DNA from: Amoeboradix gromovi X-113
Taxonomy: Eukaryota; Fungi; Sanchytriomycota
Assembly: GCA_018985225.1 (NCBI GenBank)
Contig: JADGIF010000029.1
Coordinates: 1 to 32,000, forward strand
Length of the DNA stretch: 32,000 nt
Reading direction: 5' to 3'
Shown: positions 10,345 to 17,910 of the stretch, piece after piece
Position numbering within the stretch: position 1 is the first letter of the stretch
Layout of the letters: each line of letters begins with the position of its first letter
Position numbers and translations under genes: made by a program
The notes under the pieces: generated by a model
Told to the model about the DNA's origin: nothing
Database searches by the model: none
What the model saw: the letters and a program-made list of their open reading frames with translations, nothing else

Positions 10345-12177
10345 ATGGCGTCCGAATCAAATTCTAAACAAATGGCTAGTTTAACCTGGCATGATGTAGA
10401 ATATTCAGTCAAAACCAAGAAGGTTGAAAAGCAACTACTTAAGAAAATTAGTGGTGAATGTTTACCTGGTCAACTAGTTGCCATTCTAGGCTCAAGTGGT
10501 GCTGGTAAATCCACGCTATTGAACGTTCTTAGTGGTAGGGCAACTGGAAATATATCTAGCTCTTCCCAAGTACTAGTGAATGGCCAACCTCGGGACCCTG
10601 CAGACTGGCTTAAAATGACTTCTTTTGTTGAGCAAGATGATTTATTTTTCGAGAACATTACTTGCAACGAGTCCATTCAATTTAGTGCCGATCTTAAACT
10701 ACCCCACTTAACATCTAAGCAGCGAAAACAGGTTGTAGAAGATACAATTAATGAGTTAGGACTCGTAAATGTAAAAAATTCCCCCATTGGAAATGCCAGT
10801 ACACGTGGTATAAGTGGAGGCGAGCGAAAACGAGTGGCAATTGCTGTTGAATTAGTTACTGACCCTGCGATTATATTTCTTGATGAACCCACTAGTGGCC
10901 TGGATTCATTTATTGCTTTAAATATCATAAAAACCTTGAAAGAAATGGCTGTATCTAAGAATAAGACCATCATAATGACCATTCACCAACCTCGTGAAAC
11001 CATTATTCAGTTGTTTGACAATATTATGCTTCTTAGTCAAGGGAAGATGGTTTTTTTTGGCAATTTAGAGCAAGGCATTAAACACTTCTCTGATCTCGGT
11101 TTTCCGTGCCCCGATAACACAAATCCTGCAAATTTCTTTTTGGATTGTATAACAGAAGACTACAGGTCTCCGGAGCTGCAAGAGTCATCAAAGTTGCGAA
11201 TTACGAAACTGCAAGATAACTGGTACTCCGACACAAAGCTGCAAAATCCTAAATTAGAATCCTCTGATTACAACAAGTCATTTAAAATGACTTTAATGAA
11301 ATTTAATGCTTCATGGCCATATGAAATGATTCTGCTGCTACAACGCGATTATAAGAACATATTTAGAAATGCTTCGACATTCGGTGCCACTATTGGAGGT
11401 GGGTTGGTTTCTTTGCTAATATTTAGCATTATCTACCATGACACGTCTGACAGTCCTGCGGGTATTCAGAACAGACAAGGGTTGATATTTAATGTATGTA
11501 TTAATGCGATGTTTGGTAGTTTAAATGTTATTAATTATTTTCCTGCTGAAAAACCTATAATTCGAAAGGAGAGATCTGCTGGGATGTACAGAGCACCCAG
11601 TGCATATTTATCAAAGGTTTTCGCTTATTTTCCGTTGATAGTACTGCAGGTCGTAGTGCTAAGTGTCCCGCTGTACTGGATAGTGGGACTACGGAACGAT
11701 GTTGTTATATTTCTGATTTATGTGCTGGTTATATTTATAACAACGATAACAGCTACATTCATGGGATTTATGTAATTAAACGATTAACGTAGGATAGGTG
11801 CATGGGCGCCCAATGTCACTGTAGGTCAGATTTTTGGACCAATGATTGCCATCTTGTTCATGGTATTTGGTGGATTATTTGCAAATCTGGACTCTATAAC
11901 ACCTGTGATAAGATGGATACAGTACATATCACTAGTAGCAAATGCAAATAAAGCGCTAAACCAGAATGAATTTGATGGGACAGAGTACAGCTGTGCGAAA
12001 GAAGTCCAGGGCAAGTGTGTATCATTGACTGGAGAAGACATAGTCAAGAATTCAAGTTTAAACACACCTGGGTTATGGATAGTTACATTGGTCAACATTG
12101 GAATGATTTGTGTATTTTGCGTAATTGGAATGATTGGATTTTACAAGACAACACGACCACAAATCAAGCTGAAGTAG
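10345..12177 (+). CDS. ABCG (White-type) half-transporter, 2 exons (10345-11771, 11793-12177), about 603 aa
   Basis: NBD first (GSSGAGKST, ISGGERKR, FLDEPTSGLD, TIHQP), NPANF linker, then a C-terminal ABC2 membrane domain. Splicing restores MGFMIGAWAPN. The second ATG (MASES) is the likelier start than 10279. Confidence 0.93.
11772..11792 (+). other. 21-nt spliceosomal intron (GTAATTAAACGATTAACGTAG)
   Basis: GT..AG ends and the same TTAACGTAG 3' end as the ABCA intron. Joins ORFs 10279-11775 and 11842-12177 in frame. Confidence 0.9.
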
Positions 12178-12446
12178 CTACAATAAACACAACATTGACT
12201 TAAACAATCCCCAATCTTCTTAGGATCAAGTCAATGCAGCCATGACACTCAATAATTTATTCCAAATCGACTCTCTTAGCAGTTTCTATCTAGGTACATA
12301 TTGATTAATCCAAATAGAAATGAAATTTAAATCAGTTTTATTAACCCGTCACCTTAATGTTCTCTTAACATGTAACGTCTAAACTGAACTAAATGAGTAA
12401 AATGTACGTTATATGTTTTGTCTTTAACATGCCTCTGATCGGTACT

Positions 12447-12952
12447 CCTCAATAAAAGTCCTAATTAACGAGAAAATCGAGAATTTCCACAGAGAAACTA
12501 ACAATGCTAGATGCTCCGTTGCAGTGCCTGCTCACGCTCTCACTACTCATAGGCGGGATTGAATAAGGATGCATATACTTGATGTATATGTTCCTTGCAG
12601 CCATATGGTCTCTATCTATCTTCAAATGACAGTTAGTTGGTACAGGTTCAGGTTTCTAAGTTGGTTTCTTTAGAGTACCATACCTCGTACATGTCTGACT
12701 AGTAAATGATTCATTTCATTCGACCATCGTCTTTCCTCTTTGTTTACACTTGAACTTCAAGCATTCCTTGAATAAATTATGCAGATATCACTGTCTAGGC
12801 ATTGAAAGACATCTAATTCTTCCATGTTTGGATCAGTTCCTCAGTGTTGATGAATGTACACTACAACTATTAGTTATTTCTTTAGATTCCATTTACCATC
12901 TGCGAAGATAAAGAATATCGAGTGTTTAAGCTGTTGGAAAAATCTGGAAAAG
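12447..12952 (-). pseudogene. Fanzor (Fanzor2-like)/TnpB RNA-guided nuclease 3' remnant plus putative omegaRNA (copy A)
   Basis: Minus-strand translation from 12892: MESKEITNSCSVHSSTLRN*...YLHNLFKECLKFKCKQRGKTMVE*NESFTSQTCTRYGTLKKP, then (shifted) TCTN/CHLKIDRDHMAARNIYIK. This matches the bridge helix, E-x-x-T-S-x-T-C zinc finger and RuvC-III DRDxxAARNI motifs. It has stops and frameshifts. Confidence 0.85.
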
Positions 12953-13163
12953 TCATGAAATTATATAGAAATGCATACAAATTCGCGATAAATGATTTAT
13001 TCAAGAAAACAGTCGACCTGACCCCAAATTTTCTTAATTTTCTAAAAATAGTAATCAATTACTGCTCTATTTCCCATTTTATTATATTTAATTGAGGATG
13101 AGTAGTGGACAGTATCTCGGATCTGTCACAAATATATGATACTGTATAATCAAACAATACGAT

Positions 13164-14693
13164 CTATATGAGTTGATAAATTACAAAATTGCACTCTTTC
13201 ACTTGGTTCGGAGTTCTAGCTCTAAAAAGCCACTTTGTTTGAATTTCAATGTTTTTGAGAAATTCAACCTCGACGTTGGGTAAGTTATCCTTCTTCAGAG
13301 TCTTAACCTTGAAACTCGAATCACTGAATTTAAACCCAATATAATACTTTTCATCAGAATAAAAGTTGAAGGAAGAATCTGGAACAATTTTCATTGCCTC
13401 GATAAATTTGTTTCCTTCTTTTCTGAATAAGTAGGCAAAATCGGACAATTCGTTATTGGATGATAGCATATAGCTGCTCTTTCCATTTTCTCTTTTCAGT
13501 TGGTAAAAGTCGCTCACCCAATATTTCCAACCTTTGACGCAAATCTCATCTTTTTTTGAATCTGGAACATGCAGGTTTATTTCTTGCTTAACACCGTACA
13601 TTCCTATTCCGGTGTTCTTTTCCAAATTTGGGGGAATATCCGACTCTGGAATAAGATTTAAAATAAGATCTAAAATGTGGATCACTTTGGCATCGTAAGG
13701 CAAAAGAGATCCGGAGATAGTTGACGAAGAACTCGAACTATCGAAATTAGAGCTGGTGTGACCGATGTCAAACCCAACTGAAGTTTTGAAGAATATGGCA
13801 TCTGCTCCAACATCGGCTTTTAAAGCCCAGTCTCTCGCATTTGCTTTACTTGAAACATCAATTGAGCTGGAACCTGTGCTTATCCTGCCTAGGTAACCCT
13901 CAACAAGGACAAATTCTCCGTATTTCTTTATAAAGTCTTGCAACTTTTTAGTAGAGATTATGCCGTTAATCATTATTTTTTCTTTCAATTCAATGTAAAG
14001 TTGGCCGAAAGTGACTAATCTTCTATTCTGGGATCCAGAAACTGTCAAAGATTTGGATCTCTCGGCATTGTATATTGCAACTTTTGATGTAGAATAACCT
14101 ACTAGGAAATTAAACGATAATCTGTCAGAACTGCCTTTCGAGATAAGAGAACCAAAAGATGAAATTAAAGACGATTCATTTTCATCTTGAAAATCTTCGT
14201 ATATGCGATTAAAATCGAATTCCATGATATTTGCAAATGATGGGCCGGGTGTCAAAAACGCGTAGTCAGATGACAATTTATAGCAATAAAGATGCCTTAT
14301 TTTTCTGAGTTCCAAATGACCTCTAATGATTCGTGCCCATTCTTCAACATTTGAAACTATGCGGACAGGGGATAACCTAAATTTAAACTGGATTGAGTTG
14401 ACTACACCAAAGGATCTAACAATTTCAATTTCCAAATCATTGTCTAACAGAAACAATATACTGTCATTCCTATACAAGTAGTGCTTTTCACATTGATGGA
14501 GTACCGTCAATAATACCTCTGGGTTCAAACTCATTAGATTACTCTGTATCATATCCTTAACAAGGACGAAATTCTTTGCATTGCAATAAACGAGAGTCAC
14601 CAAAAGACCGTTAACAAACTCTTGAGATATCGCAGGATCATCGGGTTTATTACTATGTTCAATCAGCTCGGAAAAGCTAAAGTAGGGGCCCAT
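13164..14693 (-). CDS. Protein with a putative MACPF/perforin-like domain
   Basis: 509-aa ORF. FIKKYGEFVLVEGYLG resembles the MACPF (Y/W)G(T/S)H(F/Y)x6GG signature. It is followed by a Ser/Gly-rich amphipathic stretch (ALKADVGADAIFFKTSVGFDIGHTSS) like TMH2. No signal peptide. Confidence 0.5.
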   Translation of the reverse strand: MGPYFSFSELIEHSNKPDDPAISQEFVNGLLVTLVYCNAKNFVLVKDMIQSNLMSLNPEVLLTVLHQCEKHYLYRNDSILFLLDNDLEIEIVRSFGVVNSIQFKFRLSPVRIVSNVEEWARIIRGHLELRKIRHLYCYKLSSDYAFLTPGPSFANIMEFDFNRIYEDFQDENESSLISSFGSLISKGSSDRLSFNFLVGYSTSKVAIYNAERSKSLTVSGSQNRRLVTFGQLYIELKEKIMINGIISTKKLQDFIKKYGEFVLVEGYLGRISTGSSSIDVSSKANARDWALKADVGADAIFFKTSVGFDIGHTSSNFDSSSSSSTISGSLLPYDAKVIHILDLILNLIPESDIPPNLEKNTGIGMYGVKQEINLHVPDSKKDEICVKGWKYWVSDFYQLKRENGKSSYMLSSNNELSDFAYLFRKEGNKFIEAMKIVPDSSFNFYSDEKYYIGFKFSDSSFKVKTLKKDNLPNVEVEFLKNIEIQTKWLFRARTPNQVKECNFVIYQLI

Positions 14694-14709
14694 TAGTTTT
14701 ACTCCCTAA

Positions 14710-15363
14710 ATGTCAAATTATTCTGAAGAATTTTTAAAAGTCATGGAAAGCTGCTACATCTCATTGAGCAAAGATGAGTATAAACAAATTCGTGCTAAAA
14801 ATACTGCAGCTGCAGATTTCCGAAAAATTCTGAGCGAAAAGAATGACTATTATAAAAAGAAGACTGTCAGAGAATTACAAGAATGTCGCGACAAGGTGGA
14901 CGCATTCGGTTATGAACTCACGAAAGAAGATCACGAAAATCTGTTTTGTGTTCTTACAAGTGCTCACCTTCTCGCTTTAATTAGGGAAAGACCTTTGGAG
15001 GAACAATTTCCAAAAAATGTAAAAGACGTCCAAAAGCTGCAAGGCATCGCTGAAGTGCTAAAAGAGAAGGATCCAAACATCCGAGCTAGTAATAAAGATA
15101 TTCTCATGGGTAACAAGACATTTAGAGTCAATGAAATATTGGACAACCCAGAAAGAATATACGCACAATTTGACAAATCTGATAAAATTTATGATGCTGA
15201 TTTTGCTATTTTAAGAGAAATTGTAGCAAACCCAGAGTTAATAGACAAAGCACAGGAGTCGAAAAGTCATGGCTACAGGTCCTTTCAAAATAAGTTTGGT
15301 ACAAATTTTCCAGTTGATAAAGTCCAAAAGCTGCGTACTGAACATCCGAGCCTATTTAAATAA
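14710..15363 (+). CDS. Hypothetical charged helical protein
   Basis: 217-aa ATG-TAA ORF with an internal repeat FP..(D/K)VQKL (GTCCAAAAGCTGC at 15028-15040 and 15322-15334). Confidence 0.6.
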   Translation: MSNYSEEFLKVMESCYISLSKDEYKQIRAKNTAAADFRKILSEKNDYYKKKTVRELQECRDKVDAFGYELTKEDHENLFCVLTSAHLLALIRERPLEEQFPKNVKDVQKLQGIAEVLKEKDPNIRASNKDILMGNKTFRVNEILDNPERIYAQFDKSDKIYDADFAILREIVANPELIDKAQESKSHGYRSFQNKFGTNFPVDKVQKLRTEHPSLFK

Positions 15364-15417
15364 ACTGCGGGTTGTCTTCAAGTTGGTGCTATGAGGAGCA
15401 GTTGAGAGATCATTAAT

Positions 15418-15430
15418 GGGACACCAAATG
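15418..15430 (+). repeat. Truncated stub of the Sola-like TIR
   Basis: GGGACACCAAATG is identical to the first 13 bp of the TIR at 20102 and is immediately replaced by a different repeat. Confidence 0.55.
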
Positions 15431-15463
15431 GGACCTGATCTGACAAAATGTCCCTAACTCCAA
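15431..15463 (+). repeat. Direct repeat copy 1 (probable Merlin terminal sequence)
   Basis: GACCTGATCTGACAAAATGTCCCTAACTCCAA recurs at 17301-17331 with 1 mismatch and 1 indel. Confidence 0.8.
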
Positions 15464-15622
15464 TTTTAATAAATTTCTATTTATTGCGAAATCAAGTAGC
15501 TTAAATCGTAAACTATCACCTGTTCAAAGTAGAATTTTATTATACCAACACCTCTTGAAGTTATACCATTTCTCCGTCTGATAAACTCGTAACTCAAGTC
15601 TTATTCTAAGATAGTCCCTAAC

Positions 15623-17248
15623 TTGGTTCAGCCAATCAAAAAAAAATATTTTTATAGGACAAAGCATGAGATAACTGTTAGCTATGACGGAATTGAATCG
15701 TCTCTATCTTTTGATGAAGGAAAAATGGCTGGACATTTACGTACAAAGCTAGCAGAACTTACTAAAGAAAAACTAGAATTAATTGAAATTTATTATGGCG
15801 GAATTAAGATGATTGGAGGAGAATTATTGGTAGCAAATGCTATTTATGAATATAGATATTCAACAGATCAAAAAGAGTCCTTTAAAACTACGACTAAACA
15901 AGCGAAAGATATTTTAAGTCGTTCAAAACAAAAAGAAATTCCTGAGTTGATTAAGACATTTTCTTCGCAATCTGTCGACATAAATGATGAAGCATTGACC
16001 AGTGCATCCGATGAGCTTCAAATGCAATCTGCCATCATTGATTTTCTTAAAAACCTTTGCGAAGAGAAATGTTTGCTATCATTTCACGATACTTCTGCAA
16101 AACCAATTATTGGATCAAATCGAAAGCCTGATGTCACTTGTGTGTCTAAATCGATTACTGGGCATCCTTCTTTGAGTATGGTTGTTACAGTGATTGAATT
16201 AAAATTTGAATGGGATAAATCTTCGAGTAAGAAGTATAAAGAAGCAGTTCAGCAGGCATATACATTTGCAGAGGAAGTTTTCAAATGTCAACCAAGTCGT
16301 AGCATGTTTTATGCCATTGTAACAGATATTAAGGAGACACAAATATGGAAATACTTTAATGGTAAGTCAAAATTAGAATGCCAATGTAGCCAACTTCTTG
16401 ATTGGACAAGCGCTAAACCAGTAATTAAACACTTACTAACACAATCACTAATGGAATTGGGTTTTACTAAATGTTTGACCTCTTCCATAGGTAACATTTC
16501 AGATATTGAGAGTATCAAGGCCAAATATTCTAACAGTAGTGCTCGGGTATTCCGATGTAGATATAAAGACTCTGAACAAATTGTTCTTAAATGCCGTTTT
16601 AGTTCAATGTTGATTGACTATGAGCGAAAAGTGATGAATGAGCTTATTCATGATAACATTGCTAAATCCTCGGAAGTATTTAAAGGCATCATTGATTTTG
16701 TACATTATCACTATATTCAAATTCGTCCATGTGGTCAAGTATTTGATAGAGAACATAAAGCTATAGCAAATGATGTTTACACAAAACTGAAAGGAGCACT
16801 TGAATTTGCTCATAAGAGTGGATATTGCCACAGAGATGTTAAACCAATGAATATCGTTATTCATACTGATAACACACCTATATTGATTGACTGGGAACTG
16901 GCAGTCGAGTCTGATACAGATGTTGAATTTGAACTATCATTTACGTGGGCATTTGCATCAGACGAGTATTTGAAACTTATATTTCAAACTGAAAAAGCCA
17001 ATTTTAAAAAAGAATATGATTTTGATTCTTTATTGTATTCAATAATATATGTTAAAATAGATCTCTGGCCAACAATTCGATTGGAAAGTATTGAATCCGT
17101 GAAGAATTTTATTCAAAAACGACAGAAAATAGTGGACAACATATTAAATCGAGAACCAGAATTTCGAGAATTAGTCAATCCTCGAATCAATAACGACTTG
17201 GATATTGTGCCAAAAATGGATGGATTGAAAATCTTGGACACCAAATAA
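15623..17248 (+). CDS. Crinkler/RHS-type (FunK1-like) effector: Ubl-like N-terminus + PD-(D/E)xK nuclease-like domain + protein kinase
   Basis: RKPDV..IELK..AVQQ..QPSR..AIVTD is the REase-like module. CHRDVKPMNI and LIDWELA are kinase motifs. The start is uncertain: TTG at 15623, first in-frame ATG at 15725. Confidence 0.8.
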   Translation: MVQPIKKKYFYRTKHEITVSYDGIESSLSFDEGKMAGHLRTKLAELTKEKLELIEIYYGGIKMIGGELLVANAIYEYRYSTDQKESFKTTTKQAKDILSRSKQKEIPELIKTFSSQSVDINDEALTSASDELQMQSAIIDFLKNLCEEKCLLSFHDTSAKPIIGSNRKPDVTCVSKSITGHPSLSMVVTVIELKFEWDKSSSKKYKEAVQQAYTFAEEVFKCQPSRSMFYAIVTDIKETQIWKYFNGKSKLECQCSQLLDWTSAKPVIKHLLTQSLMELGFTKCLTSSIGNISDIESIKAKYSNSSARVFRCRYKDSEQIVLKCRFSSMLIDYERKVMNELIHDNIAKSSEVFKGIIDFVHYHYIQIRPCGQVFDREHKAIANDVYTKLKGALEFAHKSGYCHRDVKPMNIVIHTDNTPILIDWELAVESDTDVEFELSFTWAFASDEYLKLIFQTEKANFKKEYDFDSLLYSIIYVKIDLWPTIRLESIESVKNFIQKRQKIVDNILNREPEFRELVNPRINNDLDIVPKMDGLKILDTK

Positions 17249-17300
17249 ATTGAATGCAGTAATTCGTTTTTTAATTTAACTATGTAAAATTGATATTTAA

Positions 17301-17331
17301 GACCTAATCTGACAAAATGTCCTAACTCCAA
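17301..17331 (+). repeat. Direct repeat copy 2, just upstream of the Merlin transposase remnant
   Basis: GACCTAATCTGACAAAATGTCCTAACTCCAA, near-identical to 15432-15463. Confidence 0.8.
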
Positions 17332-17374
17332 ATGGATATACTATAGTAAAGCAACAAGAGGGCAAAGGAGAAAG

Positions 17375-17707
17375 ATGAATCGAGATTTACCATGGGTGAA
17401 CGTGAATGAAGACGACTACATTCAATATTGCTTTGACAATAATTTACTTTACAAAGAGTTGCAGTGTTCAATTTGCCAATCATCTATGAATTTGAAGATC
17501 AATCAAAAAGCATTTCGTTGTATAAATTCTTGTTGTAGCAAAAAATCATTATAAGATACGATAACTTCTTTTCGATGTCCAAATTGAAGTTCAGCCACAT
17601 TCTTTTGGTCTCATACTATTAGGTCCACTCTGTACCAACAAATTCTGTGATCTCTATGACAGGGCATTCGCCCAGCACAGTAGTTTCATTTTTTCAAATA
17701 TACAAGG
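17375..17707 (+). pseudogene. Merlin/IS1595 (ISXO2-like) transposase, N-terminal fragment
   Basis: MNRD..YCFDNNLLYKELQCSICQSSM..AFRCINSCC (Zn ribbon), frameshift, then IRYDNFFSMSKLKFSHILLVSYY*..SMTGHSPSTVVSFF (HTH). Truncated before the DDE domain. Confidence 0.75.
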
Positions 17708-17876
17708 TGTTATGATCTCCACAGAGTTGTTGAGCTATCAGTAGTCATACGGGAGCTGTTGTGACTCCCTGTAAAGTCATAGGATTGTACAACCCCTGAG
17801 TCATGTCATCATGGACTTGGGAGTCCAACAAGGGATTCCTCCTAGGTCACAAGTGAGCATCGTGATCCCTGGATGT

Positions 17877-17885
17877 TATAAATAG
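17877..17885 (+). promoter_or_regulatory. TATA-box-like element upstream of the transposase-homeodomain ORF
   Basis: TATAAATAG about 25-35 bp before the ATG at 17911. Confidence 0.35.
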
Positions 17886-17910
17886 AGTGTTTATCTTTAG
17901 TAAATAACTT

